From NCBI RefSeq assembly GCF_006345805.1, contig NC_043009.1, positions 67,394,001-67,458,000 of the forward strand: DNA of 64,000 nt, read 5' to 3'. Shown one piece after another: positions 53,155 through 64,000 of the stretch (its first letter is position 1; every line of letters begins with the position of its first letter). The DNA is from Octopus sinensis (Eukaryota). The translations under genes and the position numbers were made by a program. The notes beneath the pieces are model-generated. The model saw only the letters and a list, made by a program, of their open reading frames with translations, was not told the DNA's origin and made no database searches.

Positions 53155-56100
53155 AAACAGCAGTTTGCAGTGTTTCACCAAAAAAGAGAATAACAAATAA
53201 CACTAAATGTGACTTGGTTGTTAGGAAACACCTACATTGCTAGAAATAAGAGCTAAACTACTCTAATGCTGTAGTTAACACACATGAATGTAAACATATA
53301 CACTAGCAAGGAGCATAAGTGTCCCAAAAAAGCTGATTGATAATTTTTAATTACTGATGTGTCAGTTTTGGCAATTATATATATATACACCAAGCAAAAT
53401 AAGCTTAGAGAAATAACTCAGTGTCCAGTGGCATAAATATGGATAACAAAGACAGAGAAAGTAAACAATCACCAAGCGGTAATTGTAATTAATTCTGAAT
53501 GAGGAGAGATAATCTGAAGCAATTTAATTAATGTATGTATGTGTATTCACATTTGTGTATGTATATCCATGCATATCTACATTGTGTGTGTGTGTGTGTT
53601 TGAGTTTGTATTTATATATTCTTGTGTGATCTGCTTCCCACAAAGATAGCATCGGTCATCCTACCCCTTACCAAAATGGACTAACCACATGAGTTTTTTT
53701 AAAGATTATTTAATTATTTTTAACTTATAAATCAAATTTTCTAATTCAACCCTTGATAAAAAAAAAACCCAATAGGATAACATGTGTTGTTTTTGAAACC
53801 TTTGTACAGTCGTTTGATGTTCTTTGCTTAATTATTTCAAAGGTAATGAATCTTCTCTTTTCAACATCTAGATCAGAGGGTCTCAACCATTTTCTACCTA
53901 TGGTCCCCTTTAATCAAAGTAGTTGGGACCCCATCTCCACTCAATGTCTAAAAATTCCCGTTATATTTCTATGATTAAATATCATTAGGATTTCAACTTA
54001 CAATGAAAGTAAACAAAATTTGCTTTAGAAGCTTTGAGATGTATTGAAAGATACAGAAAATAATTTCTTCTCAAACGCATGATAATGCTGATAGAATAGC
54101 ATGAACAGGGTAAACTGTCCATATATTGCAGAAAAATTTGTTACCAGCCAGCCATAAAAATCAAACTCACATTCCTATGATTACATACCAAGTGCTTTAC
54201 CTTCAAGCTAAACTGCCCAATAAGGAATTGTTCTGTTATTTTAGGATTTATAAATCTAGCTTTATAAGATGCTGGCTGGCTGGTAACAAATTTTTCTGCA
54301 ATGTTTGGATAGTTTATCCTGTTCATGCTATTGTATTAGTGTTATCATCATCATTATCATCATCGTTTAACACCTGCTTTCCATGCTAGCATGGGTTGGA
54401 CGAATGACTGAGGGCTGGCGAACCAGATGGCTGCACCAGGCTTCAATCTTGATCTGGCAGTGTTTCTACAGCTGGATGCCCTTCCTAAAGCCCGTTTGAA
54501 AATAAATTATTTCTGTATCTTTATTAGGAACTGTATAAAGAAATGTTTTTATATTTCGGAATGGTCAATTTTTGGGGGATTTTTTTACACCAAATAAACA
54601 CCTGCACTATTTACTCATTCTTTACTTTCAGCTGTATTATTGTTCCTGTTTTAGTGTGCTTTGTCTGGAAATCTTTCCTCATACATCCTGTGGCCTCTTC
54701 AGCGACTCGCCATCATAGGATGTGTGATGGAAAGATTTCTAAACAAAGACATCAAATAAGAACAATAATAATGCGGAAGTGAAGAACAAAGAATATATAG
54801 TGTGTGTGTGTTTATTTGGCAAAAAAAAGGACAAAAATGACCATCCCAAAATATAACAAAATGTTCCAACACACAATTTCATACCAGGAATCTAGCCAAC
54901 TAATTCTTAAACGGACAAAGAAATGTTTAAATATTTTGTATTTTGTAGATATATCACTGGTTTATTGTACAAATTTTAATAACAAAATCTTACATAGATT
55001 CTAAGTGTCATGTGAACCCCAGTGGAGATTCACTGGTCTAGATTAAGATACTATATATACATACATATACATTATATACATACATACATATGTATATATA
55101 TATATAAACAGCAGTTTGCAGTGTTTCACCAAAAAAGAGAATAACAAATAACACTAAATGTGACTTGGTTGTTAGGAAACACCTACATTGCTAGAAATAA
55201 GAGCTAAACTACTCTAATGCTGTAGTTAACACACATGAATGTAAACATATACACTAGCAAGGAGCATAAGTGTCCCAAAAAAGCTGATTGATAATTTTTA
55301 ATTACTGATGTGTCAGTTTTGGCAATTATATATATATACATACACCAAGCAAAATAAGCTTAGAGAAATAACTCAGTGTCCAGTGGCATAAATATGGATA
55401 ACAAAGACAGAGAAAGTAAACAATCACCAAGCGGTAATTGTAATTAATTCTGAATGAGGAGAGATAATCTGAAGCAATTTAATTAATGTATGTATGTGTA
55501 TTCACATTTGTGTATGTATATCCATGCATATCTACATTGTGTGTGTGTGTGTTTGAGTTTGTATTTATATATTCTTGTGTGATCTGCTTCCCACAAAGAT
55601 AGCATCGGTCATCCTACCCCTTACCAAAATGGACTAACCACATGAGTTTTTTTAAAGATTATTTAATTATTTTTAACTTATAAATCAAATTTTCTAATTC
55701 AACCCTTGATAAAAAAAAAACCCAATAGGATAACATGTGTTGTTTTTGAAACCTTTGTACAGTCGTTTGATGTTCTTTGCTTAATTATTTCAAAGGTAAT
55801 GAATCTTCTCTTTTCAACATCTAGATCAGAGGGTCTCAACCATTTTCTACCTATGGTCCCCTTTAATCAAAGTAGTTGGGACCCCATCTCCACTCAATGT
55901 CTAAAAATTCCCGTTATATTTCTATGATTAAATATCATTAGGATTTCAACTTACAATGAAAGTAAACAAAATTTGCTTTAGAAGCTTTGAGATGTATTGA
56001 AAGATACAGAAAATAATTTCTTCTCAAACGCATGATAATGCTGATAGAATAGCATGAACAGGGTAAACTGTCCATATATTGCAGAAAAATTTGTTACCAG

Positions 56101-57060
56101 CCAGCCATAAAAATCAAACTCACATTCCTATGATTACATACCAAGTGCTTTACCTTCAAGCTAAACTGCCCAATAAGGAATTGTTCTGTTATTTTAGGAT
56201 TTATAAATCTAGCTTTATAAGATGCTGGCTGGCTGGTAACAAATTTTTCTGCAATGTTTGGATAGTTTATCCTGTTCATGCTATTGTATTAGTGTTATCA
56301 TCATCATTATCATCATCGTTTAACACCTGCTTTCCATGCTAGCATGGGTTGGACGAATGACTGAGGGCTGGCGAACCAGATGGCTGCACCAGGCTTCAAT
56401 CTTGATCTGGCAGTGTTTCTACAGCTGGATGCCCTTCCTAAAGCCCGTTTGAAAATAAATTATTTCTGTATCTTTATTAGGAACTGTATAAAGAAATGTT
56501 TTTATATTTCGGAATGGTCAATTTTTGGGGGATTTTTTTACACCAAATAAACACCTGCACTATTTACTCATTCTTTACTTTCAGCTGTATTATTGTTCCT
56601 GTTTTAGTGTGCTTTGTCTGGAAATCTTTCCTCATACATCCTGTGGCCTCTTCAGCGACTCGCCATCATAGGATGTGTGATGGAAAGATTTCTAAACAAA
56701 GACATCAAATAAGAACAATAATAATGCGGAAGTGAAGAACAAAGAATATATAGTGTGTGTGTGTTTATTTGGCAAAAAAAAAGGACAAAAATGACCATCC
56801 CAAAATATAACAAAATGTTCCAACACACAATTTCATACCAGGAATCTAGCCAAACTAATTCTTAAACGGACAAAGAAATGTTTAAATATTTTGTATTTTG
56901 TAGATATATCACTGGTTTATTGTACAAATTTTAATAACAAAATCTTACATAGATTCTAAGTGTCATGTGAACCCCAGTGGAGATTCACTGGTCTAGATTA
57001 AGATACTATATATACATACATATACATTATATACATACATACATATGTATATATATATAT
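53155..57060. repeat. ~1953-bp near-identical tandem duplication (53155-55105 and 55106-~57060)
   Basis: Four ORF pairs with identical translations offset by exactly 1953; junctions lie in (TA)/(TACA) tracts. Confidence 0.95.
54079..54348. mobile_element. Fold-back/MITE-like element with ~70-bp arms (copy at 56032-56301)
   Basis: AATAGCATGAACAGG...TTGTTACCAGCCAGCCA against its reverse complement TGGCTGGCTGGTAACAA...CCTGTTCATGCTATT. Confidence 0.65.
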
Positions 57061-57680
57061 ATACATACATATGTCTATATACTTACATATGTATATATAT
57101 ACTTACATATGTATATATATATACATACATATGTATATATACATACATACGTGTGTATATATATATATATATATGTAAATATGAACATATTTATGTGTAT
57201 TGAAGAATTCAATGCTGACAAATGAAAAAAAATCTGCCTGTGTGTTTGTCTTTACAATTACATTTTAATGACGTGTGTGTGTGTAAAGTGAAATTGAAGT
57301 TGTTTCTAATGCTATCCATTACTGTGAGAACCTCTGAGAATTAGGCTAACAAAACGTGCCAGCAAAGAACAAGTGGTGCATCCTATAATACAGTTCGTTG
57401 CTCCCTCCACTTTTTTTTTTCTAAATATAAGTAACAGCTGTTTCTAATCATTGTCCTTGAATCTACTATGATACTATATATATATACATACACACACACC
57501 CTGATATAGGTGTTGGCATGGCTGTGTGGTTTAAGTTTGCTTCATGGTCTCAGGTTCAGTCCCACTGTGTGGTACCTTGGGCAAGTATCTTTTACTGTCA
57601 GCCATTTTATCCATGCTGACCAAAGCCTTGTGAGTGGATTTGGTTGCTGGGAACTGAAAGAAGTTTGTTATGTGTGTGAA

Positions 57681-57715
<35 letters not shown>

Positions 57716-58304
57716 TGTGTGTATGTGTTTGTATTGTCTTGGATTGACATAATATGGTTGTTGTAAATGAATGTCACTGTCATACAAGCAGTGTTGTTCA
57801 TTGTCAATTTCTTGCAGAAAACATGTCTGGTCAAGGGGAAATATTATTCTTGCTTGGAAAGAGATGACGGTTGGTGACTGTTGATTTGTTGACTGGACAT
57901 GGTGAAAAGTTGGTGGGGACACTTTCTTCAAATCTAACCCCGTTAAAGTGGTGATGTTGGTTTGTGATGATGATGATGATGATGATAACTGCAGTGTCAA
58001 TTGGTACCACTCATCGTGATGACAGTGATGATATCAGCAACAACATCAGGTGTCATCACATGATAATGATAATGTTGATAATAGTGGTCTGTGATAGTCA
58101 TTTATTAAAATAGTGATATGATAATGGTCTGCGGTGTTGGTCAGGACATCATTATGTAACCACAGTCATTTCTGCGTCCTCAGAGAAGGTCGCTGATTGG
58201 ACATTTGAGGACAATCCGTAGGTTTATAGCACAAAACACATTTGATATTTTATACTTCAATCTGAGATATTGTGGTTTAATGTAGATCGGTCCTGTGAAA
58301 GTGT

Positions 58305-58620
58305 GTGGCTAAGTGGTTAGGTTATTTGGTTTGTGATCGTAAGGTTGTGAGTTTGATTCCTGGCAGCACCTTGTATCCTTGGGCAAGACACTTTATTTCA
58401 TGTTGCTCCTGTCCACTCAACTGGCAAAAATGTGTAGTACCTGTATTTCAAAGGACCGGCCTTCTCACACTCTGTGTCATGCTGAATCTCCCTGAGAACT
58501 ACGTCAACGGTATGTGTGTCTGTGGAATACTCATCCATTTGCTCGTTAATTTCAACAACATGTTGTTGTGTTCTGTTGATTAGAGCAACTGAAACACTTG
58601 GTTGTCATAACTAATGGAGT
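58305..58620 (+). mobile_element. SINE with tRNA head, CORE-like middle and family-D tail (inverse copy at 63265-63570)
   Basis: CCTTGGGCAAGACACTTT motif followed by CAAAGGACCGGCC...CTGAATCTCCCTGAGAACTACG. Confidence 0.65.
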
Positions 58621-58988
58621 GTTATCAGGTCAGTTTTAATTAAACCCACATGTGACAGGGTTATTTCTAGACCTAACCCTTTCATTATCATATTTATTTT
58701 GAGATGCTCTGTGTTTCTTTCAATTAATTTTAAACATAACAATGAATTTAGTAAAATAACTTCCTTATCATTAAGCTAGTGTTTGGAACATAAATTGTGA
58801 CTAAGGTTTGGTGGAAGATTTTAATTGGAAAGTTATGCAAGCAAGACATTTGCACTTCAGAGCCAGAGGCAGTTTCGGCCAGGTTGGTATCGAAAGGGTT
58901 AATGTGTTTGGCTCATTTTAAGACAGTAGAATATAATTTCACCAGAGATTTAACTGGTATTTTAAGCAGTTTGGGTGACCAAGTAGAA

Positions 58989-59553
58989 CTGTAGTTCTTA
59001 ACCAGAGTCCATGTAGCCCCTCAAGGTCCATATATGATTTTTTGGGGTCCACACCAAAGCAAAACAGTAAATTGGGGATGCATAGAAGTGTATTAAGGGA
59101 TAGTGAAAAGATTCTGCTTCAGGTGTATTTCCTGCAAGAAATTGTCAGGTTTCTTTCTCTAACATTTTACAAAGTTCAACTTGCACAAATTAATGCGTGA
59201 AAAATAAAATGGGGATTTTGAAAGGGGTATCTACAAAATTAGTTTTTAACCCTTTAGCATTCAGATTATTCTGTCAAACATAATTCTTATTTGTTCAAAT
59301 TGGTTTGAATTAATTATGTATTATCTTGTAGCTTTGAGATTTCAACAATGTGATTGTATATTTTTAGAATGATATTGTATGATATGTGTAAGAGGCCACA
59401 TCTGGTCAGTTTGAACATAAAACTGGTAGAATATTTACACTGGGCACAATTGGTTCAAATACTAAAGGTTTAACATTGAATGTCTATAGGAGTCCACCCG
59501 AGTGAAATAGTAATGAAAGGGGTCGATAGGTAAAAAAATGGTTGAGAACCCCT
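58989..59553 (+). mobile_element. hAT-type MITE with nested P1 MITE (TTAA 59246-59473)
   Basis: Ends ...GTTCTTAACC / GGTTGAGAACCCCTA; TSD AAGTAGAA/ATGTAGAA (7 of 8 match). Confidence 0.65.
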
Positions 59554-59861
59554 AATGTAGAAGCTCCCTCACTGGTTCCCTTCCCGTCAAGTATGATCTC
59601 ATTTGAGTCCATATGATACGCTCACTCTTACATTAATAAGTCGTATAAGTCAATGTTTCCCAACTGAGGTGTTGTAAAAGGCTCCATAAGAAGTCATGAG
59701 GTTCTGTAAGGAGTTGTAAGGAGGTCCAAAACTGGTTGTAAGGGGTCCCGATGAGAAACTGTGATAAATAGGCCAATTATATGCAACCACACTTTGCTGC
59801 ATTCCTTTGGTACTGGAATGCTTTGCAGAATTATGGGTTTACGATTGGTTGAATTTCATAT

Positions 59862-60246
59862 CTCTTTACTCTTTACTCTCTTTTACCTGTTTCAGTCATT
59901 TGACTGCGGCCATGCTGGAGCAGCACCTTTAATCGAGCAACTCGACCCCAGGACTTATTCTTTTGCAAGCCCAGTACTTATTCTATCGGTCTCTTTTGCC
60001 GAACCGCTAAGTAACGGGGACATAAACACACCAGCATTGGTTGTCAAGCAATGCTAGGGAGACAAACACAGACACACACATATATATATACATATATACG
60101 ACGGCTTCTTTCAGTTTCCGTCTACCAAATCCATTCACAAGGCATTGGTCGGCCCGGGGCTATAGCAGAAGACACTTGCTCAAGATGCCACGCAGTGGGA
60201 CTGAACCCGGAACCATGTGGTTGGTTAGCAAGCTACTTACCACAGC
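59862..60246 (-). mobile_element. Family-A CORE-like SINE
   Basis: Full-length reverse-complement match to 61482-61880. Confidence 0.85.
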
Positions 60247-60254
60247 CACCAACA

Positions 60255-60530
60255 ATTCAAAAACTGGGATATGTCCTGTTACTTGCACGATTCAGGAGTG
60301 CCAACTCAGACTGTTTGGCCCTGTTTCTCAATTTTCCAATTTAGACCCTGCTTACCATGTCCTCCTCATCAAGGATCTGACTGGGTCGACAGCTCAATCT
60401 GGTCGAACACGTGCCACATGGTCACACCAGATGAAGGGGATATCTGCTAAACAGGCCACCCAGGAGGATCCGGAAAAATATTGTCAAGTGGTAAATGCAG
60501 CAATTTACTGCAACAGCACATCCCCCCCCC
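60255..60530 (+). mobile_element. RTE/Rex3-like LINE 3' fragment
   Basis: TCTIQECQLRLFGPVSQFSNLDPAYHVLL...GRTRATW resembles RERQLRLFGHVARFPxxDPAHRVL...GRPRxSW. Confidence 0.65.
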
Positions 60531-61333
60531 ACTCCACAATCTTTATTTTATTTTATTTCTTTTTAGTTATTTTTGCAATTAATTCTATATTTATGATATT
60601 AATTATATGTGCATGACACATTTGAAATTCAGGCATCTGTTGTTAGGAGATCCTGTAAGAAAAGTGACATCTTAATACGGATATGTAAGAGAATTTGGTC
60701 TAAATAAGGTCTTGCTTCAGGTGAAATTCCATAAACTTTCTTTGTGGAATTTGATAGATTTATCACTTTAAAATGGCCTCTCACACCCACCCTACAATGT
60801 CATTGAACAAATAAACTATCACATTTTCAAAATCTTGAAGCTATGAGATATCCTCATCATTATCATAATTCAGCATCCGTTTTCTGTGCTGGCATGGGTT
60901 GGAGAGTTTGACAGGAGCGGGTAAGCTGGAGGGCTGCACCGGGTTGCAAGTTGTCTGTTTTGGCAGGATTTCTATGGTTGACTGTTCTTTCTAATGCCAA
61001 CCACTTTACAGAGTGTACTGGGTGGTTTTTATGTGGTACCAGCATAAGTACGTTTTACATGGTACTAGCACCTGTGAGTCCACTAGGCATCTTGGAAAAC
61101 AAGGACCTCTCAGCTGAGAGAGGGAAAGGAACCGAGAGAGAGGTGGCTGTGTGTCAGGTGAGAGGTTGGAGTACGATAATCCATGATTAATTCAAAGCAA
61201 TGTAATAAACGAGTTTTACATTTTGCAGAGTAATCTGAATGCTAAAGGATTAAATGTCTAGATATTTAAAATAAATTATTATTAATAAAATTGTAGTTCA
61301 AATTATTTGGAGATGAGAACCATATTTTTACAA

Positions 61334-61966
61334 TACGGTAATCGCTTGCCATATCGCGGTTCACCTATCGAGGTTTATTATTTAAGCTTGCATCGATCCC
61401 TCTGTGTTGTTTTGCATTTATAATAAAATAAATATATACAACTTACAAAAATAATAATAAAAAATATACAGTACATATACGTAGGCGCAGGAGTAGCTGT
61501 GTGGTAAGTAGCTTCTTTACCAACCACATGGTTCTGGGTTCAGTCCCACTGCGTGGCACCTTGGGCAAGTGTCTTCTACTATAGCCCCGGGCCGACCAAA
61601 GCCTTGTGAGTGGATTTGGTAGACGGAAACTGAAAGAAGCCCGTCGTATATATGTATGTATATATATGTATGTGTATGTGTGTTTGTGTGTCTGTGTTTG
61701 TCTCCCTAGCATTGCTTGACAACCGATGCTGGTGTGTTTATGTCCCCTTTTGCGGTTCGGCAAAAGAGACTGATAGAATAAGTACTGGGCTTACAAAGAA
61801 TAAGTCCCGGGGTCGAGTTGTTCGATTAAAGGCGGTGCTCCAGCATGGCCGCAGTCAAATGACTAAAACAAGTAAAAGAGTACAGTACTGTTTCTCCTTC
61901 ACGGGTTTTCACCTATCATGGAGGGTTTTGGAACATAACACCCGTGATAGTCGAGGGGTTACTGTA
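61334..61966. mobile_element. Tigger-like MITE interrupted by a young family-A SINE (61482-61880)
   Basis: Ends TACGGTAATCGCTTGCCATATCGCGG / CCCGTGATAGTCGAGGGGTTACTGTA; TA-flanked. Confidence 0.6.
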
Positions 61967-62471
61967 TTTGCATTTACAGCTTTTACATCTCAAAGGACAA
62001 GGTTTAATGGTCAAAATATTCAAATCTTATATTTTCATTTGACTTTTATTGTTTACAGTTTCAAAATGTTTCTTTTTTTTTTTTTGTTTTACTTTGTTCT
62101 GTTTTAATACAGAATTATTAACTTGGATTACGTTACTTGAATGTGTTAATATGTGAGCAAATACAATGCAATATATATTCAAAAATGCATGCTGATTTAA
62201 AAAAGATCCACGTGCAAAATGTATCATGCCACTTAGGAAACAAACCATTATGCAAATTAGAAGAAGGCAGTCAACAGTTCACTTAAAAGGATATGAGGTG
62301 AACGCCCGAAATAAAGCAGTCACCAAACTTAGTTCGATTCTTAGAACATAGAATTAAATTAGAGAGCAATAGGACATACCTTAAACTATTCCGTGTTTTG
62401 TCTGATGGAATGTTGGACATGAATCACGTCAACACACAAATGATTTTATTTTTCTCTTTACTTTTCTTTAG

Positions 62472-62547
62472 CCTCACCGGGACACACTTAAATATGGGCA
62501 GTCTGAAGAACTGCCACTTTATGAAGGCGAAAAGAACCAAGGAATGG
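62472..62547 (+). CDS. Probable internal coding exon PHRDTLKYGQSEELPLYEGEKNQGM(G), phase 0 in and phase 1 out
   Basis: Long pyrimidine tract (ttttatttttctctttacttttctttag) with AG at 62470-62471; donor TGG|GTAAGT at 62548; phase-0 frame open and compatible with exon 78-391. A second frame (LTGTHLNMG...) is also open. Confidence 0.6.
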
Positions 62548-62606
62548 GTAAGTCAGAAAAGTGAACACCAAAAAAAAAAAAAAAAAAATTCTTTACTTCT
62601 TTCTTT

Positions 62607-62842
62607 TACGTTATTTACATTAGACAGATATTTCTCCTCATCTTGTTTGTTGTTAACACAAACACAACTGATATACCCTCCAGCCTTCATCAGGTGTCTT
62701 GGGGAAATTTTGAATCTGGGTTCTCATTCCTAAGGTATTTTTCAATGTTGTTGTTGTTATTATTATTCAGGTCACTGCCCGAAATTGAACTTGGAATTTT
62801 GGGGTTAGCAGCCCGTGCCCTTAACCACTATGCCATATGCCC
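62607..62842 (-). mobile_element. Inverted second copy of the same element
   Basis: Reverse complement gives GGGCATATGGCATAGTGGTTAAGGGCACGGGCTGCTAACCCC (box A TGGCATAGTGG; anticodon arm GGG-CTGCTAA-CCC) and ACACCTGATGAAGGCTGGAGGGTATATCAG. Confidence 0.75.
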
Positions 62843-62882
62843 ATGGGTAATTATGGAGTGAATTTTAGGCTTATAAATCTTC

Positions 62883-62953
62883 GGGCATATGGCATAGTTG
62901 TTAAGAGTGCGGGCTACTAACCCCTAGTTTCCTAGTTCAATTCCAGGCAGTGA

Positions 62954-62994
<41 letters not shown>

Positions 62995-63136
62995 TAGAAA
63001 AATACCTTAGGAATGAGAACCCAGGTTTGAAATTTCCCCAAGACACCTGATGAAGGCTGGAAGGGTATATCAGCCAAAATGTTGTGTTAACAACAAACAA
63101 GATGAGGACAAATATCCATCAAATGTAAATAATGTA
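62883..63136 (+). mobile_element. tRNA-Ser(GCT)-headed SINE/retrozyme-like element: tRNA head + (AAT)n + hammerhead-bearing tail
   Basis: Head 62883-62957 with box B GTTCAATTCC; (AAT)n at 62958-62992; ACAC-CTGATGA-A-GGCTG...CAGCC-AAAA-TG-TT-GTGT at 63043-63087. Confidence 0.75.
63042..63088 (+). ncRNA. Degenerate minimal type-I hammerhead ribozyme, predicted inactive in this copy
   Basis: Stem I GACAC/GTGTT, core CUGAUGA, stem II GGCUG/CAGCC. The expected GAAAC-GUU reads AAAAU-GUU. Confidence 0.6.
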
Positions 63137-64000
63137 CATAATTCCTCATCTCCTAAATATAGAACTGTATTCTTTCCTTTAATTACAAAACTCATCACCA
63201 TTTTCTCTGTATAATTCTTTTCTTAATTGATTCCTAATACTTGTTACATTTTAATTGTTCCTGACACTCCGTTGATTACGATGATGCAGGTTCCAGTTGA
63301 ACAGTGGAACAGCCTGCTCGTGAAATTGATGTGCAAGTGGCTGAGCACTCCACAGTCACGCATACCTATAACGTAGTTCTCAGGGAGATTCAGTGTGGCA
63401 CAGAGTGTGACAAAGTTGGCCCCTTTGAATTACAAGTACAACTCATTTTTGCCATTCGAGTAGACTTTAGCAATATAAAATAAAGTGTCTTGCTCAAGGA
63501 CACAACATGCTGCCAGGAATTGAACTCATGACCGTATGATTGTGAACCAACTACCCTATCCACTAAGCCATTTGTTGCATTATGTTAATACTGACTTAAA
63601 TATTGTCATTTGGAACCCTCTAATTTTTGGGGCTTAAAATTTAGAAAAATGGTTGTGTAATGGGTTTATAACACTATCCATGTATAAGAAACTCCCATAT
63701 TTTTTTTAACCTAATTTTTTATGCAAAAGGGGTTCCTTATACGTGTTAAAAATACAGTAATTTCTTCCCCAGAATGAGCAAATTTCCTATGCTAACTAAT
63801 GTACAATAGCTTCTATCTTTTACTTGTTTCATTTGTTGGACTGTGGACATGCTGGGGCACTGCCTTGAAGGGTTTAGTTGAATAAATTGACCTCAGGACT
63901 TACGTCTGGTATTTATTCTATTGGTCTTTTGTTGAACTGCTATGTTACAGAGACATAAACAAACCCACACACATATGCACGCATGCACACACACACGCAC

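Noticed and set aside
62288-62315. Second hammerhead-like motif GATATGAGGTGAACGCCCGAAAT
   Set aside because: The core lacks CUGA and no stem I/III pairing was found; at most a decayed relic.
62487-62501. TLKYG motif suggesting presenilin
   Set aside because: The following residues (QSEELPLYEG) do not resemble presenilin AKHVIMLFVPV.
62883-62957. Functional tRNA-Ser gene
   Set aside because: No long variable arm, acceptor stem does not pair, anticodon differs between copies (GCT vs ACT), and it is fused to a repeat tail.

Overview
Eukaryotic, repeat-saturated animal DNA with no prokaryotic features. The SINE repertoire looks like that of an octopus or other coleoid cephalopod; this is inference from recalled repeat families, not a database hit. 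The window appears to be mostly one very long + strand intron. A Ser/Thr-rich coding exon (78-391, canonical acceptor and AAG|GTAAGT donor) can join in phase 0 to a 76-nt exon at 62472-62547, and there is a possible alternative first exon at 21298-21360. The interval holds dozens of tRNA-derived SINEs built from shared modules, decayed LINEs (RLE-type, RTE-type, Penelope-like), MITEs (hAT, piggyBac-like, mariner, Tigger, Helentron-like) and microsatellites. Nearly all ORFs in the supplied track are artefacts of these repeats. Top observations: (1) a ~530-bp head-to-head palindrome of a tRNA-Ser(GCT)-headed element whose tail carries a minimal, Penelope-type hammerhead ribozyme, now disabled by apparent CpG decay (62607-63136); (2) a 29-bp satellite with a 664-bp higher-order repeat that arose inside a piggyBac-like MITE (23604-25953); (3) several recent tandem and inverted duplications and strong hairpins. 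All coordinates and alignments were read by eye, so repeat boundaries are approximate.
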